From: a virus
Length of the DNA stretch: 64,000 bases
Reading direction: 5' to 3' (one strand)
Virus record (IMG/VR): IMGVR_UViG_3300035183_000469
Coordinates: 3,578-67,577 of that record
Shown here: positions 26,286 to 35,713 of the stretch, in pieces
Position numbering within the stretch: position 1 is the stretch's first letter
Layout: each line of letters begins with the position of its first letter
Made by a program: the position numbers and the translations under genes
Notes under the pieces: generated by a model
What the model was told of the DNA's origin: nothing
What the model saw: the letters and a program-made list of their open reading frames with translations, nothing else
Database searches by the model: none

Positions 26286-26654
26286 ATGCCGATAGATTAC
26301 AAAAAATATCCTAAAAAATGGAAAACAGAAATCCGAGATGCAATTTTACAACGTGCTAAAAATTGCTGTGAGTTCTGTGGAGTGGAAAATTATGCAATTG
26401 GTTATCGTGATAAAAACGGTTTTTGGAATGATATAGAAATGTCTTTTGCTGGTGATGTGATTGCCGAAGATGCAAGAGATATGGGCTATAAAGTGATAAA
26501 AATTGTTTTGACGATAGCACATTTAGACCACAATGTGAATAACAATGATTTTTCAAACCTTAAAGCACTTTGTCAGCGGTGTCATAATCGCTACGATGTT
26601 GGTTTTAGGAAAGCAAACCGTAAAAAGAATAATGGTGTCTTGTTGCTTTTTTAG
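26286..26654 (+). CDS. HNH endonuclease-like protein
   Basis: CEFCG...LTIAHLDH...NLKALCQRCHNRYD. Confidence 0.8.
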   Translation: MPIDYKKYPKKWKTEIRDAILQRAKNCCEFCGVENYAIGYRDKNGFWNDIEMSFAGDVIAEDARDMGYKVIKIVLTIAHLDHNVNNNDFSNLKALCQRCHNRYDVGFRKANRKKNNGVLLLF

Positions 26655-26696
26655 CATGGTTATTTGCGATGGGTAACATTTCTTAAACGTTAAGCA

Positions 26697-27332
26697 ATGG
26701 TAAAAAATAATAAAACTTCTAACGAAATGACAAAAGATTGGGCAGGAAACAGCAACGGAATATATAAGACTTTAGGTGCAAGTAATCATACTGCCAAGGA
26801 AAGGCAGAATGAAGATTATTATGCAACAGACCCTAAAGCAGCCGATTTGCTTTTAAGACTTGAAACATTTGCACCTGATATTTGGGAGTGTGCTTGCGGT
26901 GAGGGGCATTTAAGTAAGGTATTTGAAAAGGCAGGGCATAGGGTAAAAAGCACCGACTTAATAGATAGGGGATTTGGTGAAACAGGAATAGATTTTTTGA
27001 GCATTGATAACTTGGAATGGAACGGAGATATAATTACAAACCCACCGTATAAGTATGCACAGGAATTTATTGAGAAGGCATTACAAATTATACCCGAAGG
27101 AAACAAGGTTGCAATGTTTTTGAAGATACAATTTTTGGAAGGTAAGGCTCGAAAAAAGCTATTCATATCAAATCCACCAAAGACAGTTTATGTTTCAAGT
27201 TCTCGGCTGCTTTGTGCAAAAAACGCTGAATTTGAAAAAATGATTGCTGGTGGTGGAGGTGCTCTTGCTTATGCTTGGTATGTATGGCAAAAAGGATTCA
27301 ATGGAACGACAGAGCTCAAATGGTTTAATTAA
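26697..27332 (+). CDS. DNA amino-methyltransferase (NPPY)
   Basis: DYYATDP, WECACGEG, IITNPPY, FLEG..R, YAWYVW. Confidence 0.8.
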   Translation: MVKNNKTSNEMTKDWAGNSNGIYKTLGASNHTAKERQNEDYYATDPKAADLLLRLETFAPDIWECACGEGHLSKVFEKAGHRVKSTDLIDRGFGETGIDFLSIDNLEWNGDIITNPPYKYAQEFIEKALQIIPEGNKVAMFLKIQFLEGKARKKLFISNPPKTVYVSSSRLLCAKNAEFEKMIAGGGGALAYAWYVWQKGFNGTTELKWFN

Positions 27333-27343
27333 ATAGTAAAAAA

Positions 27344-27853
27344 ATGAAAATCGTAGAAGTAGCAGAAAAGCAAATTGGCTACACAGAAGTTCCACCTGAT
27401 TCCAACAAAACAAAATACGGCAAATGGTTCGGGTTGGATGGTGTTCCTTGGTGCGGGATATTTGTAAGTTGGTGTTACAGTATTGCGGGATTCCCGTTGG
27501 GGAATATCGGATTTACAAAGGGGTTTGCCGGATGTCAAACTGCCGTGGCATTTTTTACAAAGAGAAAAAGAATTGTAACCCTTCCAAAAGAAGGAGACAT
27601 TGTCTTCTTCGACTGGAACTTAGACGGTCGGTATGACCATACCGGAATTTTCGTAAGGAGAATTGATAAGAATTTCTTTGAAACAATAGAAGGAAATACC
27701 TCACTAACAAATCAAAGTAACGGTGGTCAAGTTATGAGGAGGAAAAGAATGTTTGGAAAGGGTGTTGTTTTCGTACATCCCAAATGCTTAGATGAAGCTA
27801 AGCATAACCTGACCGCTAACGTATTACGATTAAAGAATCCACCAATAAATTGA
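27344..27853 (+). CDS. CHAP-domain amidase (endolysin-like)
   Basis: NKTKYGKWFG..GVPWCGIFVSW; GDIVFFDW; DHTGI; TIEGNT. Confidence 0.85.
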   Translation: MKIVEVAEKQIGYTEVPPDSNKTKYGKWFGLDGVPWCGIFVSWCYSIAGFPLGNIGFTKGFAGCQTAVAFFTKRKRIVTLPKEGDIVFFDWNLDGRYDHTGIFVRRIDKNFFETIEGNTSLTNQSNGGQVMRRKRMFGKGVVFVHPKCLDEAKHNLTANVLRLKNPPIN

Positions 27854-28980
27854 ATTTGAAACCAAATACAATATATCACGGCAGTTGCTTGGAAGTTCTA
27901 AAGACATTCACAGACAACTCTATAAACTGCTGCATCACATCCCCCCCTTATTGGGGATTGAGAGATTACGGAAAAGAGGAACAAATAGGATTAGAGAAAA
28001 CACCGGAAGATTATGTTGCAAAAATGGTTTTGGTATTTGAAGAAGTAAGAAGGGTTTTAAAACCTGACGGAACTTTGTGGCTGAACTTGGGCGATAGTTA
28101 CATAAGCGGCAAAAGCAGATACAGCACCAAAGCACAAACACTTGAAGGCGGTGGAGAGAAAGAAGAAAAGTATGGCTCAATGCACAATGGGAATAAACCG
28201 GACTTATACTATCATCCATTTTTTAAAGACAAAGATTTGGCTGGCATCCCTTGGCGTGTTGCATTTGAGTTACAAAAACTTGGTTGGTATTTGAGGCAAG
28301 ATATTATTTGGCACAAACCAAACCCGATGCCGGAAAGCGTTACCGATAGATGCACAAAGGCACACGAATACATTTTCCTGTTGAGCAAGTCAAGTCAATA
28401 CTATTTTGATTATGAAAGCATACAGGAAATTGCAACAGGTTTTGACATGAGAAAGGATACGATGATGAAAGGAAGTAATAAATACAAAAACTCGGTTATT
28501 CCAGGACTAAAGGAACACACGATGGCATCGAAAGGACATGAGCGTTGGAAGTTCAAGGGAACAGGAACTTTCGGAAATCTGGATGGTGAATTGAATGGCT
28601 TGCACTCCGGCAAAAAATACAATCCGAAATTTAAGAACTTGCAACCGGATGGGCAGCAATCGAACACAATGCACCTTATACGAGCAGAAGGGGAAGCGGA
28701 TGAAGTTTACCCTATCAGAAACAAAAGAAGCGTTTGGACTGTACCCACAAAACCATATTTAGAGGCACATTTCGCAACTTTTCCAGAAGATTTGATAGTT
28801 GATTGTATAAAAGCCGGATGCCCGAAAGATGGATTGATTTTAGACCCGTTCATGGGTGCCGGAACGACTGCTTTGGTATGTCGCAAACTCGGGAGAAATT
28901 ATGTAGGAATCGAATTGAATGAAAAATATATCAAGATAGCAAATGACAGATTATACAATGGACTTGGAATGTTTCTTTAA
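27850..28980 (+). CDS. DNA N4-cytosine/N6-adenine methyltransferase (beta class)
   Basis: TSPPYWGLRDY; LRQDIIWHKPNPMPES; HFATFP; LDPFMGAGTT. Confidence 0.92.
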   Translation: MNLKPNTIYHGSCLEVLKTFTDNSINCCITSPPYWGLRDYGKEEQIGLEKTPEDYVAKMVLVFEEVRRVLKPDGTLWLNLGDSYISGKSRYSTKAQTLEGGGEKEEKYGSMHNGNKPDLYYHPFFKDKDLAGIPWRVAFELQKLGWYLRQDIIWHKPNPMPESVTDRCTKAHEYIFLLSKSSQYYFDYESIQEIATGFDMRKDTMMKGSNKYKNSVIPGLKEHTMASKGHERWKFKGTGTFGNLDGELNGLHSGKKYNPKFKNLQPDGQQSNTMHLIRAEGEADEVYPIRNKRSVWTVPTKPYLEAHFATFPEDLIVDCIKAGCPKDGLILDPFMGAGTTALVCRKLGRNYVGIELNEKYIKIANDRLYNGLGMFL

Positions 28981-28986
28981 TAAACA

Positions 28987-28994
28987 TAACTTTG
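28987..28994 (+). promoter_or_regulatory. Bacteroidota -7 promoter element
   Basis: TAACTTTG upstream of the SSB/exonuclease genes. Confidence 0.5.
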
Positions 28995-29167
28995 TAAAAT
29001 AAATCAAAAAAATTTCATATAAATGAAAAAGATTAGGACAAAAATAATCTGGCTACTGACCACCAGCGAAGGCTTCTGCGAGTTAATTTCATGGCTGATT
29101 GTTGTGCTGTTGATACTCGGGATGTGGTCACTAATTCATTGATTTCTTTAACAAAAACAAGTATACC

Positions 29168-29794
29168 ATGATTGTAGCAACAAACTCAGGATCGGATTAC
29201 ACTCCGGTCGAATCCGGCAACCACATTGCCCGGTGCTATGGAATGATTCATATTGGCACCATTGTGGAAAATTTTAAAGGAGAACCCAAACGCGTAAATA
29301 AAGTGCGCATCACGTGGGAGCTTCCTGAACTTACCAAAGAGTTTCGCCAGGGCGAAGGCGAAAAGCCTTATTCCATCAGCAAGGACTTTACGCTCTCCAT
29401 GAACGAGAAATCAAACCTTCGCAAGTTTCTCGAAGGATGGCGTGGAAAGTCATTTACCGAAGACGAGGCGAAGGCTTTTGATGTGGCTACGCTAATAGGC
29501 GTGCCATGCATGCTCAACATCATTCACAAGGTGTCTGCAAAAGGAAAGACCTACGCCGACATCAGTTCGGCGTCTAAACTGCCGAAAAGTATTACGGCGC
29601 CTCCGCCGTTCTATGAACACTTTGAGCTTAATTATACGGAGGCATGGGATGAGACGCTATTCAACTCCCTGCCAGACTTCATTCGTGACAAGATGAAGGA
29701 GTCTGAGGAATACAAACGACTAATGTCTAAAGGGGAAGTCATTGACGACCCGGAATTATTAGAAGACGAATCGGAAGATGATCTCCCATTCTAA
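29168..29794 (+). CDS. Putative single-stranded DNA-binding / recombination protein
   Basis: H.ARC...IHIGT; SKDFTLSMNEKSNLRKFLEGWRG; acidic tail ending EDDLPF. Confidence 0.7.
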   Translation: MIVATNSGSDYTPVESGNHIARCYGMIHIGTIVENFKGEPKRVNKVRITWELPELTKEFRQGEGEKPYSISKDFTLSMNEKSNLRKFLEGWRGKSFTEDEAKAFDVATLIGVPCMLNIIHKVSAKGKTYADISSASKLPKSITAPPPFYEHFELNYTEAWDETLFNSLPDFIRDKMKESEEYKRLMSKGEVIDDPELLEDESEDDLPF

Positions 29795-29805
29795 AACCAT
29801 GAGCA

Positions 29806-30645
29806 ATGAATGAATCACAAAAAGCCAGGATGGTCGAATGGTTTGACGACCATTGGTACATCATTACGATGGACAACGGGCAACGAGTGCCGATTGCATC
29901 GGTCACAACAAAACTCAGTGCATCTCCCAAGCCATTTTTGGCGCGGTGGCGGGGAGATGTTGGCAACCGTGAAGCAGACAGGAGAATGAACGATGCCGCC
30001 GAACGTGGTAGCCGCATCCACTATGCGTGGTATGTGCTGACCGGCGGCGGTATTATTCTGTATAATCCTCCGCTCCATCCGATCTATTCTATGGAAGATA
30101 TTGCAATCATTGAGCGACAAAACAATGGGAATATCTTTGTTCTGCAACATCAGGAGGAGATGTATGCGGTCTATAAGCTCAAGCAATGGCTTGATGTTGT
30201 AAAACCAAAGATCATAGAGAGAGAAAAAATTGTGTACTCGCTTTCGTTGAATGCTGCCGGAACGATGGATAACCTGATTGAGATTGAAGGCGGCGACTAT
30301 ACTGTAAACGGAAAGACACCGTTATCCCTCCCGGGCGGCCTCTATGTTCTCGACCTTAAAACAGGGAATACGATTGATGAAGACGATGCACCTGCACAGG
30401 CGGCAGCATACGCACGGATGGAGACAGAAATGTCAGGGCGCCAAATAACAGGGACGCTGATTGTACACACGTCTGCAAAGACTAAGACCGGCATCCCGGG
30501 TCTTGCCACTCTATACAGGAACGAAACGGAAATGGCCGAAGACTTTGATTATTACACGGCAGTTGCCGCCGTTTGGGAACGAAAGCTAAAGAAAGAAAAA
30601 CCGGTAATGTTTGAGTTCCCGTCACTGATACAACTTGATCAGTGA
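29806..30645 (+). CDS. PD-(D/E)XK exonuclease (Cas4/lambda-exo-like)
   Basis: SVTT..., AAERGSRIH, AGTMD, LDLKTG, Q.AAY. Confidence 0.8.
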   Translation: MNESQKARMVEWFDDHWYIITMDNGQRVPIASVTTKLSASPKPFLARWRGDVGNREADRRMNDAAERGSRIHYAWYVLTGGGIILYNPPLHPIYSMEDIAIIERQNNGNIFVLQHQEEMYAVYKLKQWLDVVKPKIIEREKIVYSLSLNAAGTMDNLIEIEGGDYTVNGKTPLSLPGGLYVLDLKTGNTIDEDDAPAQAAAYARMETEMSGRQITGTLIVHTSAKTKTGIPGLATLYRNETEMAEDFDYYTAVAAVWERKLKKEKPVMFEFPSLIQLDQ

Positions 30646-30809
30646 ATACAACGGTTCGTGGCTTTGTGTCTGTTTGCCTATTGAACATAGCACAAAATTG
30701 TTATTATACGCTGGCTGCGGTTAATTAAAAAATAAACTCAATACGAAGTACCAAACAAAAGAATTAAATAAAAAGAAGAAGTGTAACTTAGAAATAAAAT
30801 TGGCGAGCG

Positions 30810-31478
30810 ATGAATATAGATTATGGGCAAGAGACATTGTTTGGGAAAAAAATAATCTCAACCATAGGATATAATGAACAGGAAATAATTCGTGACATCC
30901 TGTTTTTACATGCCTATGGAAAGCCGATTGACTGTGACCCTACTTTTTCAATCGGCAATTTTTACAAGAAAGGAATCCCAGAACCAAAGTGGAAATTTGA
31001 TAAATACCCTCAAAGGGAAGATGTGGTGTCTGCTTCCTCTGATAACCTTCCGCTCGAAGATGGCAGTTGCAACGTAATCATGTTTGACCCGCCGTTTGTC
31101 ATGAGTGGCGAAAACTATAATGAAACCAAAAGCGGGAGTGGCATCATTAGCAAGCGGTTCACAGCGTTCAAAACATTTGAAGAGTTGAAGCAGATGTATT
31201 CATCCAGCCTGAAAGAATTTCATCGAATACTGAAAGACGGAGGCATTGTAATTTTTAAGTGCCAGGATGCTGTCGTATGCCAGAAAAATCATTTTACACA
31301 TTGCTGGGTAATATATCAAGCAATCCATCAAGGATTCTATCCAAAAGACATGTTCATCCTGTTTGCAAAAAACAGATTGAATGACGGGAGGAAGCAACAG
31401 CATGGACGAAAGTACCATAGCTATTTTTTGGTATTTGAAAAGCGGATGTGTCCTGTTAATTATCTCGTTAAACCATAA
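30810..31478 (+). CDS. DNA amino-methyltransferase (DPPF)
   Basis: DCDPTFSIGNFY; LPLEDGS; MFDPPF; EFHRILKDGG. Confidence 0.8.
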   Translation: MNIDYGQETLFGKKIISTIGYNEQEIIRDILFLHAYGKPIDCDPTFSIGNFYKKGIPEPKWKFDKYPQREDVVSASSDNLPLEDGSCNVIMFDPPFVMSGENYNETKSGSGIISKRFTAFKTFEELKQMYSSSLKEFHRILKDGGIVIFKCQDAVVCQKNHFTHCWVIYQAIHQGFYPKDMFILFAKNRLNDGRKQQHGRKYHSYFLVFEKRMCPVNYLVKP

Positions 31479-31490
31479 GAAATAACTATT

Positions 31491-31712
31491 ATGAATTACC
31501 ATGAAAAACTTCGTCTTTTCGCCATTGAAGTACAGAAGATGATGATGTTACAAAAAGAATACTTTAAGATAAGTAAACTTGCCAGAGATAACATGGCGGC
31601 TCCTGACGAAGTTCGCTCCTCGCTTAACGAGTCTATGTCGCAAGAACGGAGGGTGTCTAAATTGGTGTCTAAAATTTTAGACTGTCAAGCCTCTCTTTTT
31701 AATGACGACTAA
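31491..31712 (+). CDS. Hypothetical protein
   Basis: Operon ORF (M...QKEYFK...E..V). Confidence 0.55.
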   Translation: MNYHEKLRLFAIEVQKMMMLQKEYFKISKLARDNMAAPDEVRSSLNESMSQERRVSKLVSKILDCQASLFNDD

Positions 31713-31714
31713 TC

Positions 31715-32113
31715 ATGATAACAGGACTTGAAATTGCTGTTGATTCCAAAATCCGGTTTGTTGGCAAGGTGGGCAAATGTCCTCCATGTGACATCCCACA
31801 CCTTGAAGGTCGTATTATTCTATACAAGAAAGACAAATGGACAAATGTTATATCCTATGCGCTCAATGCTTTTGGCATAGACCGTGCTGCATACGAGTAC
31901 GCCAGAGATAATCTTGGCGCAGAAGGAGTCGTTTGTTTCTGCCCTGACAGACGATGTACCATTTTAGTCAGCAATGAAAAGATGAAATCCGCATACACGG
32001 TGAATCTCGGAGAACGCGGGCAGCTTCGGGTGCCGGTAAGGGATATAAAAATTGTGGAAAACACAAACGGGATTAACTTTAAATACACAAACCACACTAT
32101 TTTAATACAATGA
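31715..32113 (+). CDS. Hypothetical protein
   Basis: Operon ORF. Confidence 0.55.
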   Translation: MITGLEIAVDSKIRFVGKVGKCPPCDIPHLEGRIILYKKDKWTNVISYALNAFGIDRAAYEYARDNLGAEGVVCFCPDRRCTILVSNEKMKSAYTVNLGERGQLRVPVRDIKIVENTNGINFKYTNHTILIQ

Positions 32114-32562
32114 TACTGGCATCACCAACCAAAGAACCGCCATCGGTGGAACGGGTAACAAAAACCGCCGAAATGGTGAGAGAATTGACACGGATAGAAT
32201 CAGAACTCCAGTCTGACACCATTGAATCCATATCCGATACGGTGTCGTGGATGGATTTTGCTAAGCGGCTTGTGCAATACAACGCCTATGCAGGGGAATG
32301 TATGGCTATTTTCAAACGAGAGCTTCTCGATAAGAAGGCGACTGCCTATGAAACCTTCGTGTTTAACGTGATGGCACGCGAAAAATACGAATGGCTTCCC
32401 GCCTCCGTTATTAAAGACTACATCAACAGCAAGTGCGCTGAACAAGAATACAATTACCTGTTGGCAGAGCGAGTGTGCAGGGCATGTGTCCATGCCATAG
32501 ACGTAGCGAGAAGCTGCATCAGCACGCTCAAGGAAGAAATGAAAACAATCAATTACCAATGA
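32110..32562 (+). CDS. Helical protein, possibly a recombination mediator
   Basis: All-helical; function by context only. Confidence 0.45.
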   Translation: MILASPTKEPPSVERVTKTAEMVRELTRIESELQSDTIESISDTVSWMDFAKRLVQYNAYAGECMAIFKRELLDKKATAYETFVFNVMAREKYEWLPASVIKDYINSKCAEQEYNYLLAERVCRACVHAIDVARSCISTLKEEMKTINYQ

Positions 32563-33092
32563 CGACTCTACGAAGGGCAAAAAAGTCACGAAATAAAAAA
32601 TGGAGAACGGTCATGAATGGAGTTATGGAGCTTCATGGTATCCTTACGCCAATTGAGCGTAAAGAGATTATTTCTGTTATTGATTCCAGCAAAATTCAAC
32701 AGACCGGGTTGATGGACAATCCGGACATCGCTTTCCGATACGAAAATATGCTGCTTCATCGTTTGCCTGGTGTTGTCGAGCTATCCGACATGGTCGTGAT
32801 TCCGACCGGCATTTCTCCGATTATCAGGATAGGGAAACTGACACATGCCTCTGCACCGTTTGCATTCAACAAAGTGGCATCAGACCATTACCTTACACTT
32901 GAAGTATTTCTCAACAGTATCACCGTAGGCGGAGAACTATGTTTCAGAAATGAGTGTGTGTCATGCACCGGAGGAAATGCGGTTATGTACGACCAGAGGA
33001 AACAGAGATACGACAAAGAGTTCTACCCTCCGGACATAAAGTATTATGTGGCGTTCCATGTGATTGGTTCACGAATCCCCATAAAACAATAA
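32559..33092 (+). CDS. Degenerate 2OG-Fe(II) oxygenase-like fold
   Basis: GILTPIE...LTLEVFLN....GGELCF...GNAVMYDQ; metal ligands not evident. Confidence 0.4.
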   Translation: MTTLRRAKKSRNKKWRTVMNGVMELHGILTPIERKEIISVIDSSKIQQTGLMDNPDIAFRYENMLLHRLPGVVELSDMVVIPTGISPIIRIGKLTHASAPFAFNKVASDHYLTLEVFLNSITVGGELCFRNECVSCTGGNAVMYDQRKQRYDKEFYPPDIKYYVAFHVIGSRIPIKQ

Positions 33093-33098
33093 CCAGCC

Positions 33099-33314
33099 AT
33101 GTTCAGGTTTAACAAAGGATACACCAAGGTGTTTGATGACCGCAGGGTGGTTGTAGCCAAAAAAAGGCGAAACGAATCATCCCCACAGTTCGTTCGACGG
33201 GTGTTATCTACCATGAATATTACGCCACTACGACACAAAGAATGGTTATCTTTGAATAGAAAGAAATTATACGAAACATTTCAATGGAACAGCAGGGTGG
33301 CATTCAGAAAGTAA
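33099..33314 (+). CDS. Small basic hypothetical protein
   Basis: Operon ORF. Confidence 0.45.
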   Translation: MFRFNKGYTKVFDDRRVVVAKKRRNESSPQFVRRVLSTMNITPLRHKEWLSLNRKKLYETFQWNSRVAFRK

Positions 33315-33613
33315 AAAACATCATCACCGGATGGAAGCATTATATGTCCGGCAATGACATCAATGCAGACATCATGGCTATGGCCGAACATCGGGCAAGC
33401 ATATGCACATCATGTCCGCACTTTAAGTCTTCAACCGCTTACACCATCATTGACAAGATTGCCTCTGCGGTCGGCAATACGGCAAAACTCAATAAGAGTG
33501 ATGTGACCGGGCGAACGTGCAGCCTCTGCGGATGTCAGTTTCCGGCAAAGCTGATGGTGCCAAATGAAAAATGTCCGGACAACCCGCCAAGATGGTCGGC
33601 TATTGAATCATAG
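33284..33613 (+). CDS. Cys-rich zinc-binding protein (crAss-like DUF6171-type)
   Basis: R..ICTSCP...CSLCGC....K......CP....W. Confidence 0.6.
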   Translation: MEQQGGIQKVKNIITGWKHYMSGNDINADIMAMAEHRASICTSCPHFKSSTAYTIIDKIASAVGNTAKLNKSDVTGRTCSLCGCQFPAKLMVPNEKCPDNPPRWSAIES

Positions 33614-34049
33614 ATTCCGGATTGTCCTTTACGATGAAAAATACTTCATCGCTAAAGTTTGTGGATGGCATATAGATGATGTACTTCTGAGACTTAGACT
33701 TATCGTCTATAAATTCACGGTACATCCTGATGTTGTCCTGATTGATTAAGACCCGTTCACCGTTAGCCATATAATACGTGGACAGTTCCGGGAAAGCAAG
33801 TGCCACATCTTCAATGGACATAGGCACCTGCATCGGCTTTCGAGTGATACGAAAATACATTGCACTTGACTTAGGGTCAATGTTGTTTTCCGCATCGCGC
33901 CATATCCGTATAAAACTTACATCCGATTTACGGATATTCACATCCAGCGTTTTGTCCCTGTTCACGATACAGGGTAATGATACCCACTCTTTATCCATCT
34001 GATACCATGTATTTTTCAAAGGTTTTGAAATCGGAAAAAGACTTGTCAA
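33600..34049 (-). CDS. Hypothetical protein (two small beta domains)
   Basis: Last gene of the late operon. Confidence 0.5.
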   Translation of the reverse strand: MTSLFPISKPLKNTWYQMDKEWVSLPCIVNRDKTLDVNIRKSDVSFIRIWRDAENNIDPKSSAMYFRITRKPMQVPMSIEDVALAFPELSTYYMANGERVLINQDNIRMYREFIDDKSKSQKYIIYMPSTNFSDEVFFIVKDNPESMIQ

Positions 34050-34401
34050 TGACTACCTGCCCAATGTCGTGCGGGTGTACCCGGTGAACAATCACGTTCA
34101 CCTTCTCAGAAAACAAGGAATCCATCGCCATGTTCCGATCCTTCTCGTTTGCGATCACGTACTTGCGATTTCCTTTGTCATCAACTTCAATCTTGGCCGT
34201 ACCATCCTCATTCTTTTCTGCATAAAGGTCGTTGATCTCATTGCTCTTGTTAAGCAAATCAACACTCTTGCTTTTATTTGCCTGCAACGTCCTCTGGCAT
34301 GCAGTATCAAGACGAAGAGGGATCATTTTGTTTGCCGAAAGAATGTAGCTGATCTCGTTTAACAGGCGGAAAAACTCGCCTTTAGTCATCATCTCAGTCA
34401 T
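33991..34401 (-). CDS. Hypothetical protein, possible tail-fibre chaperone
   Basis: Follows the fibre genes; 'YAEKNEDG' pattern. Confidence 0.45.
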   Translation of the reverse strand: MTEMMTKGEFFRLLNEISYILSANKMIPLRLDTACQRTLQANKSKSVDLLNKSNEINDLYAEKNEDGTAKIEVDDKGNRKYVIANEKDRNMAMDSLFSEKVNVIVHRVHPHDIGQVVIDKSFSDFKTFEKYMVSDG

Positions 34402-34419
34402 AATCTGTATTTATCCGTC

Positions 34420-34764
34420 CTACGGCGTATCAAAGGCGTAGGTGTAGGTAGCTCTGTTATTCCAAATCTTATTGGCAACCAAATAGTCCGTTGCCCCGGC
34501 GGAAGATTCTGCCCACGACCGGACAGTCTGTTCGTTGGCTCCGCCAACATTATCTACAATTACCTTTTGGATAATCCATCCGGTGGCAGCCGGGTCAGTC
34601 CCGGCAGGCGCATACCCAATGTAGCTTTCTTTTACCTGTGGCGACCCTGATGTAACCGAATCAATGCGAAGAGCAGCACTATCGTTGTAGCATTGCTCTT
34701 TAAGGCAATTTAGGATATTAAGGAGAATCTTCTCCATGTCCGTCATTCCTTGTCCTAATGGCAT
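34420..34764 (-). CDS. Virion-associated small protein
   Basis: YIGYAPAG...W.IQK...W.NRATYTY motif. Confidence 0.55.
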   Translation of the reverse strand: MPLGQGMTDMEKILLNILNCLKEQCYNDSAALRIDSVTSGSPQVKESYIGYAPAGTDPAATGWIIQKVIVDNVGGANEQTVRSWAESSAGATDYLVANKIWNNRATYTYAFDTP

Positions 34765-34774
34765 AGTCGTATGT

Positions 34775-35713
34775 TTACAATGTTCCTAATGCGACGATTC
34801 TCCAATTACCGGAATCGCCTATAAAAGTAATCCAATCTGCAAATTTACCAAAATCATATTCAGAAGAACCCTGTATCGTCTCGCCGCTATACGGATAAAT
34901 TTTACAGTTAAGCACAACCAACCCAAGGGACGATGCCGTGAACGTCACCACCGGGTTTGATACATTCATCCCGGATAGCCGAGGAAGATTAACGCTGTTT
35001 ACCTTTGATTTATCAATAATGTAATTACCCAAAAGGGCGTCTTCTGTAAGGGTATTGCTCGCTGAGGTAAGCACACTAAACACATTACGTGTTGCGTTGT
35101 ACATCTTCACGGGGCTCTGCAATGCAATAGGGTTAAGATGCCCTGATGGGTTTAATCCGCCTGCCATCAGCAGTCCAAAAGAGGTGTCGCTGCCAAATCC
35201 GGCAATGGTAGCGCCGCTGCTGTCTTTCCAGAATATAGCCTTCGACGCCCCCATGTAATATGACTGCTGAGGATTAGATGTGCCATTTCCGGCAATGGGC
35301 AGGAAAAGCTCAAAACCGGCTGTATACAAGTCTTCGCATAACATAGACGTCATCTGGCTCACCTTCTCACCAATGGTCGTCGCAGCCCCGAAACAGTCTG
35401 AAAATTCCTGGTTAAGGATATTCCCAAACCGGGTGTCAATAGCTGTAATCAGATCACACAGCGTCGTATCCGATGTGCCGACAAATTCTATGTTTGAATA
35501 AGACCCGGTGATACTCACTTCCGTGCATTCAACAGACGAATCATCATTAACTAATCCACATACGGCTGCCGCAATCTTTGTCACAACGGTAGCCAACGGT
35601 TCTCCTTCTACCGCCCCCAAAGACGACAGGCATGACGATACAGCAGAATCCCACTCAATGCCGGAAACGCCGGAACATTCTTTGTTATCAGAACAATCGC
35701 TGCAATTAGCCAT
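34775..35713 (-). CDS. Tail fibre/spike protein 2
   Basis: Cys-rich N-terminal adaptor shared with 35948-37393; C-term 'VNLP...P.SGETIQG.......D..NW' fibre module. Confidence 0.65.
   Translation of the reverse strand: MANCSDCSDNKECSGVSGIEWDSAVSSCLSSLGAVEGEPLATVVTKIAAAVCGLVNDDSSVECTEVSITGSYSNIEFVGTSDTTLCDLITAIDTRFGNILNQEFSDCFGAATTIGEKVSQMTSMLCEDLYTAGFELFLPIAGNGTSNPQQSYYMGASKAIFWKDSSGATIAGFGSDTSFGLLMAGGLNPSGHLNPIALQSPVKMYNATRNVFSVLTSASNTLTEDALLGNYIIDKSKVNSVNLPRLSGMNVSNPVVTFTASSLGLVVLNCKIYPYSGETIQGSSEYDFGKFADWITFIGDSGNWRIVALGTL

Larger units (their letters stand above)
23719..27840 (+). mobile_element. Integron-like gene-cassette array (attC-like sites, no integrase in window)
   Basis: Repeated YAAC...GTT sites between genes; cassette starts complementary to their own ends; AT-richer than flanks. 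Confidence 0.7.

Noticed and set aside
29806-30645. cas4 as part of a CRISPR-Cas system
   Set aside because: No Fe-S cysteine cluster, no other cas genes or array; its place next to an SSB-like gene fits a recombination exonuclease.
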